Below the pieces are notes generated by a model. It ran no database searches, was not told the origin of the DNA, and worked only from the letters and a program-made list of their open reading frames with translations. DNA of 64,000 nucleotides, taken from positions 86,645 through 150,644 of the forward strand of contig CAYSHM010000006.1 of the NCBI GenBank assembly GCA_964430885.1, given 5' to 3'. Each line of letters opens with the position of its first letter. Within the stretch, counting starts at the first letter, position 1. The position numbers and the translations under genes are program-made. The DNA comes from an uncultured archaeon. Lineage in GTDB: Archaea > Thermoplasmatota > Penumbrarchaeia > JASLWR01. This document shows positions 17,325-27,703 of the stretch, one piece after another.

Positions 17325-20300
17325 CTATTGGCGAGGCGGACGGGGAGGTAAATTATCACTGCTGTTTTCAGTAGGCTCTTCTTCATTGGCCAGATCGCCC
17401 GTGAGCTCCTCCTCTTCGGATGACGGCCCATTCTCTTCTCCGTCGGTCCCTTCAGCAGTCCCTTCCTGGTTATCCATACTGCTCCTGTTATCATCAAATT
17501 CATCCTCTGCTTCGAATTCATCCTCTGCTTCGAATTCATCCTCTTGAAGCACTTCTTCCTCCAACATCCTATCCTCGGTTTTCCCCTTGTCCTCCTTTTT
17601 GGTTTTCATTATGTAAATGGCCATGGCGGTCCCTACTCCTAGAATGAGAATCACTAAAGCTATCAATATAATCCAGAGAGTAGTATTTCCCGAACCGGGA
17701 TCCTTGTCCGAATCGTCATCGTCATCATCTGATGCAGAACCGAAATATGATGTTGGAAAGGAATCAATATTGTGCTTCCATGTCTTTGTTTTTCCGTCAT
17801 ACTCGGCAGTTATCTCGGTTCCATCTGGTATGCCGGTATATCCAATTAGGCTGAATGTAACCTTTCCATCCTTACCAGTGGTACCAGCATAGTCCCGATT
17901 TCCCAAACTGAACGTAACGATGACACCCTCAAGCGGTTTGCTTCCATCCATGAAAGGTCCCATTTTAACATCGGCGCCTGATATATCAAGATACATGTCT
18001 CCCAGATCCACATCTGCACCTTCTATCTTGAAGGATATTGTTTTGTCATCATAACCATCAGCAGATAGGACAAGATCATATGAACCGTTGGGTAGTGATG
18101 CAGTGAACACACCATTGGTATCAAGGGTGATATTGATTCTATCCTGACCTTTTGTTATATAACCCTGGGCATTGACTGGGGCAACCTTTCCGCCAACGGA
18201 ATACTTGGTCAAGGCGGTTGTAGTGAATTGGAATGTGAGGTCACTGTCCAATTCTTGACCGTCAATGTCTTTTACACCTTGGAGGTCTATCTGATAGATA
18301 GTATCCTCTTCGAAACCATCTTTTGGTGTGAAGGTGAAATTGTATTTATCGATCCATGTGCTTCCTTGGATGAAGGGAGTGATAATGACGGTGTCACCCA
18401 GAGTGAAAGAAGTGTAATCCATCATTTTAGTGAATTCGACTATTATGGTAGAATTGAGCGGTATGTCGACACTTCCGTCCAATGGGTAAGTTGTAACAAC
18501 CATTGGCAGCTCTAATTCCACAACAGATAGAGCGTATTCAGAATCAATGGTATAGGTTGAGGAACCGTCATCCACAAGTACCTGAAGGTAGTATCTCCCG
18601 ATCTCCAGATCCGATGTGTTCCACGAATAACTTTCCTCGAATGGATCAAGATATGACAGTAAGAACAAAGTTGTGTTATCTCTCTCTTCATAATAATAAA
18701 GGGTAAGGTTTGTATCAGAAATTGGACCCGGATCTCCGCCTATATTCAAATGGACAATGAATTTCTCCTTTCCTTCATATATGGTAAAATTTTCATCTTT
18801 TAATGAATCGAATTGGAAGGTGAATGGCACCGGCGGAGCAGTTACCTCTCCGGGACTCACAGCTCCTATCTTCCAGTCATCCTTTGAATTGGTGTCGAGA
18901 TAATTCACTCCCGCTCCTCCGGTCAATCTGCTGAGGCTCTGTCCCTGGGAAATGTTGGTCACATTGATACATGACGAAGTTAGATTGTTATCCCAGTCGG
19001 CCCCGTCTCTCAGTGAACTGATATCCAATATTTCATGGGCGGTCAAGGTTCCCTCCGACTGCCAGGCTACAGCATCATGAACCAAATCTTCGGTATCTGC
19101 CAATATCACTTGGTCTCCGCCGGTACTTAGCACTCCATTGCTTGCGCTTGTATATATGTCGATTATGCCGTCGCCATTCCCTTCCATGCTGCCGTTTTCG
19201 CTCGCCATGGTATCATTGTTAAAGTGTATGAGCAGATATTCATCACTAGCAATGACAGTTCCATCGAAGAAATGGTCGGTATTCCCATCAATGTCATCTA
19301 TCCACCATCCTGTTATATCCGCACCATCCCCCAGATTTCCATCATCCACGCAGAAAATCTCAACCCAATTATCACCTGTTTCCGGTTTGAACATGACCTC
19401 CGTTATAAGCAGGATAGGTTCAGGTGCTGGCTCGGCAATCGTTATTGTAAACAAACTGCTGAATCTTGGCTGATTTGTTCCATCCTCGGCAGCAATCCTG
19501 AACTTAATAACACTTCCCAATGCCTGCCCGGGGATACTTGCACACCAGTTATTATCTCCTGCTATTTCATCTATCCCCGTTCCATCATCCTTCATAATTA
19601 TTTCATTTTGGTCAGCATCATTGAGGGTCCAGTTGATCACAGCCCTTGTCACACTCACATCGTCAGTGATCCTTGCTGAGATGTTCAGATCTGTCATTGG
19701 GGCAAGTGTATGATTGTCGGGTAAAGGATCAAGAATAATATCAGTTATCAATGGCAGCTCATCGGCCAGGTCTCTGAAGATTCCGGGTTCGGGAATTTCA
19801 AGTATATGCCAGTCGTTTCTGGAGTTTGAGTCTGTTTCTCCTCTGCTCCTGGTTATACTGAAACCCGCGGATATATTATCCGAATCCACGCAGGCACCTG
19901 TGTTGTTGGCATCCCACTGGCCCTTAGCAACAGTATAATTCAGGTCGTCCTTTTCACCTGCTGAGAGAGTATCATTATAAGCCCAGCACACAGCGTCCAT
20001 TAGGAATCCGTCCTGATCAAAAAGTATTACTTGATCCCCCTGATAGCTAAGGCGGGTATTGCTCCCTTCAGTATATGTGTCCAGGATATTATCGCTGTTT
20101 CCGTCATCTACAGAAATCTCGTCTTCCATATCCGGGGAGTTGTAATGCATTAAGAGGATATCGCCTGTGTGAACCAAGGCATTGCCGAATGTTTTATCCC
20201 TGCTTCCGTCTTCATCATCAAGACCCCATCCAAGAATGGAATTCCCATTTCCGCTATTACCGTCATCTACAACGTAGAGTTCTACCCAGTCATTTTCTCC

Positions 20301-21536
20301 CGAGTCTGCGTTGAAATAAACTTCTGTTATATTGATGGATGGCTTGGTGCCAGGTAGATAGTAGTAGGTGAAATTCTCCGTTGTTACTGAGTTGCCCTGA
20401 TCGTCCACTGCAGTCATGTTGTATTGGATAGGTACACCTATACCCATCTGTCCTGCATCATAATCAATGGTATATGAATAATTGTCACCGGCAGAAAAGC
20501 TCATCAGGTTTACAGAAGGGTTTCCATTATTGATCACTACTGTTATGTTCACATGGTCTATGCTTCCGTCATCGGTGACATTTACCTCTACATCCACATC
20601 TGTACCTGGCTCAGGATTGCCAACGGGGTCCTGGCTTATAGAGTTGAATGTTGGAATGGATTGTGTAGGCTGGCTGATAACGGGATCTGCAGGGTTGTTC
20701 GATTCCCAGCTTGTGGTGAGGTTCTCGGTTGTTTCATCATGTCCGGTGATTCCGTTTCCATTGTTGCCTACCTCCTCAGGTTCCGCTGGAATATTTACCC
20801 TTTTATATGATTTTCCAAGATCATGTACAGATGTGTTTATCCGGATAGATGTGTTCCCATCAGCATTATAGGCCGAGGGATTACCATCGCCATCGGTATC
20901 GCTGTCTATACTCACTCCGGTCTTGTCAATTTTATAACCTTCATCATCACCCCACCATACAATGTCTACATCGCTTACAAGATCGCTAATCCCGTCCCAG
21001 TAGAACATAACCACGGTCTCGTGATCATTTGTCAGACCGGCCGTTCCTCCTATGTCAACATCAATCATATTAGGTACCCCGCTAGAATCAATCATCTCAT
21101 AATTGGGATTCTTTCCGAATTCTGCTAGGAAATCACTGCCGTCGAAAGCTACCACCATATAATCCCCGACTCCAATGCTGGTTCCTTGGGGGAACCGGCA
21201 TATGAAATCGTAACCGCCCGCGTTTGCTGAATTATCTACAATTCCATAGTAATCCACGATGTCAGCCAGATAGTAATTGGATAGGTCAATTGGGCCGCCT
21301 GTGGGATTATGGATCTCAATGAACTCCTTGACAGTTGGAGTGACGCATACCTCGGAAAGTACCAGATGGTCTGCATTTATTCTCGATCCTCCGCCTTCAG
21401 CCTGGACTCCGTATGGCCCCAATAGGGACAAGAACGGAGCACTCAGAAGGGTACAGAATAATAATAATACAGGGAGTTTCCGAAATCTATTCTTCCTGTT
21501 ATTTTTTGAATTATTTCTTTTTAACATATTGAACAC
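17325..21536 (-). CDS. Lamin-tail-domain surface protein (3 LTD-like domains, Ig-like domains, C-terminal TM, acidic tail)
   Basis: Signal peptide; HLVLSEV..EFIEIHNPT, INITEVYF..DWVELY and LLITEVMF..NWVEIF; Big_5-like VVTTYPLDGS..PLNSTIIVEF; TM LWIILIALVILILGVG. Confidence 0.75.
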   Translation of the reverse strand: MFNMLKRNNSKNNRKNRFRKLPVLLLFCTLLSAPFLSLLGPYGVQAEGGGSRINADHLVLSEVCVTPTVKEFIEIHNPTGGPIDLSNYYLADIVDYYGIVDNSANAGGYDFICRFPQGTSIGVGDYMVVAFDGSDFLAEFGKNPNYEMIDSSGVPNMIDVDIGGTAGLTNDHETVVMFYWDGISDLVSDVDIVWWGDDEGYKIDKTGVSIDSDTDGDGNPSAYNADGNTSIRINTSVHDLGKSYKRVNIPAEPEEVGNNGNGITGHDETTENLTTSWESNNPADPVISQPTQSIPTFNSISQDPVGNPEPGTDVDVEVNVTDDGSIDHVNITVVINNGNPSVNLMSFSAGDNYSYTIDYDAGQMGIGVPIQYNMTAVDDQGNSVTTENFTYYYLPGTKPSINITEVYFNADSGENDWVELYVVDDGNSGNGNSILGWGLDDEDGSRDKTFGNALVHTGDILLMHYNSPDMEDEISVDDGNSDNILDTYTEGSNTRLSYQGDQVILFDQDGFLMDAVCWAYNDTLSAGEKDDLNYTVAKGQWDANNTGACVDSDNISAGFSITRSRGETDSNSRNDWHILEIPEPGIFRDLADELPLITDIILDPLPDNHTLAPMTDLNISARITDDVSVTRAVINWTLNDADQNEIIMKDDGTGIDEIAGDNNWCASIPGQALGSVIKFRIAAEDGTNQPRFSSLFTITIAEPAPEPILLITEVMFKPETGDNWVEIFCVDDGNLGDGADITGWWIDDIDGNTDHFFDGTVIASDEYLLIHFNNDTMASENGSMEGNGDGIIDIYTSASNGVLSTGGDQVILADTEDLVHDAVAWQSEGTLTAHEILDISSLRDGADWDNNLTSSCINVTNISQGQSLSRLTGGAGVNYLDTNSKDDWKIGAVSPGEVTAPPVPFTFQFDSLKDENFTIYEGKEKFIVHLNIGGDPGPISDTNLTLYYYEERDNTTLFLLSYLDPFEESYSWNTSDLEIGRYYLQVLVDDGSSTYTIDSEYALSVVELELPMVVTTYPLDGSVDIPLNSTIIVEFTKMMDYTSFTLGDTVIITPFIQGSTWIDKYNFTFTPKDGFEEDTIYQIDLQGVKDIDGQELDSDLTFQFTTTALTKYSVGGKVAPVNAQGYITKGQDRINITLDTNGVFTASLPNGSYDLVLSADGYDDKTISFKIEGADVDLGDMYLDISGADVKMGPFMDGSKPLEGVIVTFSLGNRDYAGTTGKDGKVTFSLIGYTGIPDGTEITAEYDGKTKTWKHNIDSFPTSYFGSASDDDDDDSDKDPGSGNTTLWIILIALVILILGVGTAMAIYIMKTKKEDKGKTEDRMLEEEVLQEDEFEAEDEFEAEDEFDDNRSSMDNQEGTAEGTDGEENGPSSEEEELTGDLANEEEPTENSSDNLPPRPPRQ
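17497..17544. repeat. 18-bp tandem repeat (~2.7 copies) encoding EDEFEA
   Basis: AATTCATCCTCTGCTTCG x2 plus a partial third copy, in the acidic tail of 17325..21536. Confidence 0.85.
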
Positions 21537-21703
21537 CTGATAGAAATTACTAGAATCACATTTAAATTGTTTTGGTGGGTAAATAACAGCTTTATGAAAA
21601 AACCTTTCCTAAAAAATGGGTATATATAGATAAAAAGTTTGAAAAGATCCGAGCAGCGCAATCAGTGTATAGTGATAAATAGATAAATATGGCAATTCAG
21701 CGA

Positions 21704-24700
21704 TTAAGCCGGAATCAGAGTAGGCATGGAGGGTATTGCTTCTTCGTCATTTACATCATCGATTTTCTCACCTTCCGTTTTACCGCCCTTTTTTCCCTCA
21801 TCCTCTTCATCTGCCGGCTTCACATCCTCTCCTGATTCCTCACCGTCCATACCTTCTTCACCATCCTTTTCTGACCCGCTATCTCCTGCCCTTTCTTCGG
21901 TGACTGCTTCCCTGTTTTCATCCCCTCCTTTCTTATCTTCAGCCTCTTCTTCTCCTTGATCACCTATCTCTACTTTTTCAGGTTCTGCTTCATCCTCCTT
22001 TTTGGACTTGACAGCATAGATTACCATTGCCAAAGCAACAATAATGATCAGCGCCATCAGAATGATCAAAATGGTCCAGAGGGTCTTGTTACCCTCTTTG
22101 TTTCCCGATGCTTCCCGATTTTCAAATGCATCATAGGGATTTTCATTCCCCCAGGTCCATTCCACCTTATCCTCTTCATATCTGCCGTATATTTTCACAC
22201 CGTCGGGCAAGCTTTCCATTTCAAGCCAGAAGACAGCTTTCCCATCATTACCGGAGGTATTTTCATAATAGGTGTCATTCAGTGTGAACCATACCCTTAC
22301 GCCCTTTAGGGATTCACCATCCATTAGGAAAGGACCGATCTCTACTTTGAATTTCTTGGGCGGCTTAACAGTTTTCTGAAGAACGATATCGTCTAATATC
22401 ATATCCAGTCCGTTTACAAAAAAGGTATCCACATGTGTTGTGTATCCCGGAGAACTGATCACTATATCGTGGGACCCGTTCACGAGACGTATCTCGAAAG
22501 TATCCTTGTCAACATCTATTTCCTCTCCGTCTATCTCAACTGTGGAAGTTTCGGGAGAAATGCTGCCTTTCACATTGAATGTCGGCTGCACCTCGGTTTT
22601 GAACGTGAAGTGGTATTCATCTAAAAGCAACCGTCCCTTATTGCTCTCGACATCCTTGATAGTAATACTGTAAAGGGTATCATAATCCAGGTTATTACTT
22701 GGGTCGAATATCACCTTAACATCATCTTCCAGAGAGAAGCTCCCTTGGACAGTGGGGGTTATGATGAAAGTAGTCCCGAGGATAAATGAATCCCGATCTA
22801 TAGCCCTGTCAAACTCAACGGCAATATCCACGTTCACCGGTAATCTGTTTCCTCCATCAGCAGGCCAGCTGCTGACAATCTCAGGGGGATAGACTGGAAC
22901 ATGAACAATGACCAGGGGATGATCTGTAATCTTCTCTATCTGGCAATAGCTGGAATAGTTCACTTTTCCAATTAGGAAATAACTGCCGTTCACCACCTCG
23001 GCGGTATTCCAAAGGTAATTCTGCTCCTCGGGGATCGCGTCAGCGATCTTAACAGGGGTTGAATTACCCTTTCGGTAGAACAGTTCAAATGATAGTTGAT
23101 CATTTACCCTTGGGGCTTTCCATTCCCAATTAATACGGTAGGACTTATCCGCGTTATCGCTTGAATTGGTAAGTACTGTGAAGTTGAAATCAGGGGGCGG
23201 GGAATGTCCGCCCATTCCCGGGGAAGGTATGTTGTCCAGATACCAGTCGTCCTTTGTGTCGGTATCTATGAATAAATTCTGCGAATGATGATATCTTCTA
23301 GCGACCGATATACCGTCATCAATACCGGTAAGATTGAAACATCCTGTGATTACTGAGGAGTTCCAGGCATTTTCATGTTTAAGCTCTTCCATATCCGTTA
23401 TTTCACCAGATTTTAATGTCCCATCCCTCTGCCAAGCTATGGCATCCATTATGATATCATCCTCATTGTATAAGACAAGCTGGTCCCCGGTAGTCGCCAT
23501 TATTCCGCTGGATGCGTCAGTATAAAGATCGATTATTCCATCATCGTTCCCACCAGTAGCGTTTCCTTCATCCACACTCACATCATCATCGAAATGGATC
23601 AGTAAATAATCGCCGGTTCTCACCAGAGTTGCGCCAAATTCATACCTCGTACTTTCCATATCCGTCAATTCCCAATCCAAAAGGATATTGCCGTCTCCGC
23701 TGTTTGCATCATTGGCACAGTAGAGCTCCACCCAATCCTCTCCTGCTTCGGGTTCAAGCATGATTTCAGTAATAATTATCTCCGGGTATTGGAAGAATAG
23801 GTAGTTGTAATCATTGGAAAAGGTGATCTGACCGCCGATATCCCTGGCCATCAATTTGAAGATGATAGATGTTCCCAATTCCTTTCCAGGAATGACGCAT
23901 GTCCAGATATTATCATCCGCGGATATGTCCGCACCAGCGCCATTGTTCTCAAGGAGAATGTTAGGTTGATTAATACCTTCAAGAGACCAAATCAGTTCAG
24001 CGCTATCCAGTTCCAGTTCATCGGTAATATTTACCTCTAGAGTGATATTTGTATTGGGTTTCAATATTCCCATCTCCGCTTCAGGAGTCAATATCACCTC
24101 ACCGATAAAAGGCGCCAGGTCGGATTTATTGAAAGGCGTACCGGGATTGGGTCTATCCATTATGTACCAATCATTTTTGGTATTCGAATCCTGCTCATCC
24201 ACGCTCCTGGAAATACTTTTACCGTCTTCCACCGATTCCGAATCAACACAATCCTGATAATTTTTTGAATCCCAATGTCCCAGATCGAAAGTTACATTCA
24301 GGTCTTCCTCTTCGCTTCCTTCCAGCTCACCGGGCCCCGCCCAGCAAACCGCATCTAAGACCATTCCATCTGGATCGTACAACAGAAGCTGATCCTCAGA
24401 GTCGTCCAGCCTGGTGTTGGTAGCTTCAGAGTAAGTATCAAGTATCATATCATTGTTTCCGTCAGTGGCGTTCCACTCGTCCATTGAATCACTGTTAAAA
24501 TGAACCAGAACACTTTCACCTGTTCTAACCAGTATATTCCCGAAAACCTTATCCATTTCACCCTCGAGGTCATTGGTTCCCCAATTCATTAAGGTATTGC
24601 CAAGTCCCAAGTTGTTATCATCCAAACATAGAAGCTCTACCCAGCAGTCTGTAAGTTTCCATCCGCTGGCCTCATTATCAGGTTTGAACATTACTTCATG

Positions 24701-25915
24701 TATAAGCATATCGGGGTAAACAGCAGGTAGATAATAGTAAACCATATCTCCGCTCCGGGTCACATTGCCATGGTCATCTTCTGCTGATATATTATATTTC
24801 ACTGAAGTTGCCCGTTCCATGATCGCTTCATTCCATACCAGGACATATCCGTAGGTGGCATTCTCTATGAATATCATTGGATATGATTGATAAGGTTTTC
24901 CGTCAATGGATATGTTGATCTCCACGCCGGTGACACTTCCTTCATCAATAACGGTGGCCAGAAATGTCACATTTTCGCCCAGACCCGGATTATCTCCAAC
25001 AGGTGTTTTTTTCAGGGATGTCATGATAGGGGGCCCCCCCACGGGACTGGTTACAGTCGGATTTGCCGTGATGTTTCTCCAGAAAGAAATGGTGAGGTTC
25101 TCAGTTGTCTCATCATGTCCAGTCTTTCCATTGCCGCCGGCAGGTATCTCTTCAGCCTCCTCCATGGGGGCTATTCTAGTGAAGGAATTATCCTCTGGAT
25201 GGGCCGATGTGTGAATGGGAGGAAAGGTTGAAGCATCGTTGGCATAGGTACTTTCGTCAAGATCCCCGTCAAGGTCAGAATCGATGCTTACTCCGCTCTT
25301 GTCAACCTTGTAATCCTCATCATTCCCCCACCAAACTATATCTACATCCCTTACAAGGTCCATGACACCGTCCCAATAAAATAGTACAAGGGTTTCACCC
25401 GAATCGGTTAGGGATGCACTTCCGCCTATAAATCCCCGTGTTTCATTCATTCTAGGGCTGAAACCTTCCTGAAGTATATAATTCGGCCTTATGCTGTAGG
25501 CATCTATGAAGCCCACCTCGTCGAAGGCGATTATCTGATGCTCCCAAGGGGATATGGTACTATCCGTGGGAAATGACGCTATGAAATCCGTGGCCAATTG
25601 CTGGTTGAATCCCAGGAGCAAGTTGGTGATGTTGTAATAATCGGTAATGTCCGCGATATAATAATTGTCTAAGGAAATTGTATTATCAGTGGGATTCATT
25701 ATCTCTATGAATTCCAAATTCCCGGGTTTCACCTTTACTTCGTTGATCACCAGGTGGTCCATCAAGGCCCTTGCATCGTTCTTTGCTTCTCCGTTCCTCT
25801 CTGAAAAAGCGACATTGGACGCGGAAAAACAATTCACCAGCAGAAATAATGTCATCAGCATTATTGCACTTCTTGTTGGGCGAATACCTATATTTTTTAC
25901 AGATGGACTTTTCAT
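21704..25915 (-). CDS. Lamin-tail-domain surface protein, tandem paralog of 17325..21536
   Basis: Same domain order; shared blocks such as FYWDG..DLV.DVDIVWWG.DE.YK.DK.GVSIDSD.DGD and GNG.TGHDETTENLT. Confidence 0.75.
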   Translation of the reverse strand: MKSPSVKNIGIRPTRSAIMLMTLFLLVNCFSASNVAFSERNGEAKNDARALMDHLVINEVKVKPGNLEFIEIMNPTDNTISLDNYYIADITDYYNITNLLLGFNQQLATDFIASFPTDSTISPWEHQIIAFDEVGFIDAYSIRPNYILQEGFSPRMNETRGFIGGSASLTDSGETLVLFYWDGVMDLVRDVDIVWWGNDEDYKVDKSGVSIDSDLDGDLDESTYANDASTFPPIHTSAHPEDNSFTRIAPMEEAEEIPAGGNGKTGHDETTENLTISFWRNITANPTVTSPVGGPPIMTSLKKTPVGDNPGLGENVTFLATVIDEGSVTGVEINISIDGKPYQSYPMIFIENATYGYVLVWNEAIMERATSVKYNISAEDDHGNVTRSGDMVYYYLPAVYPDMLIHEVMFKPDNEASGWKLTDCWVELLCLDDNNLGLGNTLMNWGTNDLEGEMDKVFGNILVRTGESVLVHFNSDSMDEWNATDGNNDMILDTYSEATNTRLDDSEDQLLLYDPDGMVLDAVCWAGPGELEGSEEEDLNVTFDLGHWDSKNYQDCVDSESVEDGKSISRSVDEQDSNTKNDWYIMDRPNPGTPFNKSDLAPFIGEVILTPEAEMGILKPNTNITLEVNITDELELDSAELIWSLEGINQPNILLENNGAGADISADDNIWTCVIPGKELGTSIIFKLMARDIGGQITFSNDYNYLFFQYPEIIITEIMLEPEAGEDWVELYCANDANSGDGNILLDWELTDMESTRYEFGATLVRTGDYLLIHFDDDVSVDEGNATGGNDDGIIDLYTDASSGIMATTGDQLVLYNEDDIIMDAIAWQRDGTLKSGEITDMEELKHENAWNSSVITGCFNLTGIDDGISVARRYHHSQNLFIDTDTKDDWYLDNIPSPGMGGHSPPPDFNFTVLTNSSDNADKSYRINWEWKAPRVNDQLSFELFYRKGNSTPVKIADAIPEEQNYLWNTAEVVNGSYFLIGKVNYSSYCQIEKITDHPLVIVHVPVYPPEIVSSWPADGGNRLPVNVDIAVEFDRAIDRDSFILGTTFIITPTVQGSFSLEDDVKVIFDPSNNLDYDTLYSITIKDVESNKGRLLLDEYHFTFKTEVQPTFNVKGSISPETSTVEIDGEEIDVDKDTFEIRLVNGSHDIVISSPGYTTHVDTFFVNGLDMILDDIVLQKTVKPPKKFKVEIGPFLMDGESLKGVRVWFTLNDTYYENTSGNDGKAVFWLEMESLPDGVKIYGRYEEDKVEWTWGNENPYDAFENREASGNKEGNKTLWTILIILMALIIIVALAMVIYAVKSKKEDEAEPEKVEIGDQGEEEAEDKKGGDENREAVTEERAGDSGSEKDGEEGMDGEESGEDVKPADEEDEGKKGGKTEGEKIDDVNDEEAIPSMPTLIPA

Positions 25916-26151
25916 GCTAACAGACTCCTATTTCATATAGTGAATTAATAATTACATAATTCTATGATTACAATAAGTATCGAATTATTCGCAATTATCT
26001 ATTCCATATTCATTATATTTCAACATAATTCAAAGTATGAAATAGATATAAAACACTTTTTGGATTAAAATCAATAAATTATTTGATAGATCATCAACAG
26101 GAAATACTGATAATGGTCCGGAGGCAATCCCGTCTGGATGGTTATTATACA

Positions 26152-27477
26152 TCAGCAATTATTCTGGACAAAATCACCAATAATGGTTTCCAGAGGCACA
26201 CCGCTGACCTGGACAAGCTCATAGTTGATCTTGACGACCTTTTTCTTTATATCCAATATTTTTCCAAGGTCCAGTGGGGTTCCCTGAATAACAACATCAG
26301 CATCAGAGAAATTGATAGTATCCTCAAGTTCCTTCCTCTGGACATCGCTGTATCCCATAGCAGGCAGTATCTGTTCCAGGTGCGGAAACTTCTCAAATGT
26401 AGCCTTAATCGAACCGACAGCGAATTTTCGGGGATCTATCAATTCACCCACACCCATCCTCTTTGCATAGATGAACCCGGCACCGAAGGGCATGTTACCG
26501 TGTGTAACGCTTGGTCCGTCCTCTACAACAAGAACCCTCTTGTTCAGCAGGCTTTCCATCTTTTCGGACCCTACTGATGAGGCAGCCTCTATCACCAGGG
26601 CTTTGGGATTGATCTTTCTGATATTGTCCCTGACCCTTTCGATATCCTCAAGATCAGCAGAAACCACCTTGTTGATAATCACAATGTCAGCAAGCCTTAG
26701 GGATATCTCTCCTGGATAGTGACCCACTTCATCTCCGGCTCTCAGCGGATCAAGCACTGTCATATACAGGTCAGCATGGTAGAACGAAAAATCATTGTTC
26801 CCTCCGTCCCAGATGACAATATCCGCTTCTTTTTCCGCCTGCCTGAGAATGGCCTCATAGTCAACCCCTGCATACACTATGGTATTGTTCTCAATATGGG
26901 GTTCATATTCCTCCCTTTCCTCAAAGGTGCAATCGTGATCCTCAAGATCCTGATATGTTTCGAATCTTTGAACCCGCATTGCTTCAAGATCACCATATGG
27001 CATGGGATGGCGGATGACCGCTACCTTCTTGCCCAATCCTCTCAGTATATTCACGATTGTTCTGGAAGTCTGGCTCTTGCCGCATCCCGTCCTAGTGGCA
27101 CAGATGGCGATTAAGGGTTTCAGGGATTTCACCATTGTGTTCTTGGTTCCCATGAGTTTGAAATCCGCTCCGGCGGTATTGACGATGGAGGCAATTCTGA
27201 TGACTTCTGCTGCCGGCAGGTCGCTGTAGGCAAGTATACATTCATCGATATCATTTTCCCCGATTAACTCCGGCAGGTTTTCCTCGGGCACGATAGGTAC
27301 CCCGTTTGGATATAGCTCACCTGACATTGATGCCGGAAACATCTTATCGTCGATGAAGGGTATCTGTGTGGCTGTGAATGCAACCACCTCGTAATCTCTA
27401 TTATCCTTGAAATGCGTCAGGAAATTATGAAAATCCCTTCCAGCGGCTCCCAGTATGATTACCTTTTTTCGTACCAT
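26152..27477 (-). CDS. Cyclic 2,3-diphosphoglycerate synthetase-like P-loop protein (COG2403); probably arginine synthetase
   Basis: VIILGAAGRDFHNF, VVAFTATQIP, RTGCGKSQTSR, IRHPMPYGDL, EEREEYEPH, WDGGNND, VEDGPSVTHG and LPAMGY. Confidence 0.8.
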   Translation of the reverse strand: MVRKKVIILGAAGRDFHNFLTHFKDNRDYEVVAFTATQIPFIDDKMFPASMSGELYPNGVPIVPEENLPELIGENDIDECILAYSDLPAAEVIRIASIVNTAGADFKLMGTKNTMVKSLKPLIAICATRTGCGKSQTSRTIVNILRGLGKKVAVIRHPMPYGDLEAMRVQRFETYQDLEDHDCTFEEREEYEPHIENNTIVYAGVDYEAILRQAEKEADIVIWDGGNNDFSFYHADLYMTVLDPLRAGDEVGHYPGEISLRLADIVIINKVVSADLEDIERVRDNIRKINPKALVIEAASSVGSEKMESLLNKRVLVVEDGPSVTHGNMPFGAGFIYAKRMGVGELIDPRKFAVGSIKATFEKFPHLEQILPAMGYSDVQRKELEDTINFSDADVVIQGTPLDLGKILDIKKKVVKINYELVQVSGVPLETIIGDFVQNNC

Positions 27478-27703
27478 AATATCAGTCTCTCTATTTTTTA
27501 AAATTATTTGCTTCAGGGTGACTCGGTTAGATCAGGCATTAATACAAAAATAAAAAAATTTTATTGTATTCCCCTTCGGTTTGTCTTTTGGGAAATGGTT
27601 AATCATATAACAAATTAATCCCGAATTTGATTCATTAAAAAAAGGGGATATTACTAAGAGAACTTATTGAGCGATTCGAAGACGAAGGTATAGAAGTGAA
27701 ATA

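Noticed and set aside
17497-17544. Possible CRISPR repeats (also 57211-57310)
   Set aside because: Head-to-tail in-frame coding repeats without spacers; no cas genes.
17325-25915. Identical 1403-aa length suggesting an assembly duplication
   Set aside because: The sequences are clearly diverged with indels, so the equal length is coincidental and depends on start choice.
26083-26577. 164-aa plus-strand ORF and other short antisense ORFs in the track
   Set aside because: They overlap well-supported genes on the opposite strand and have no motifs.
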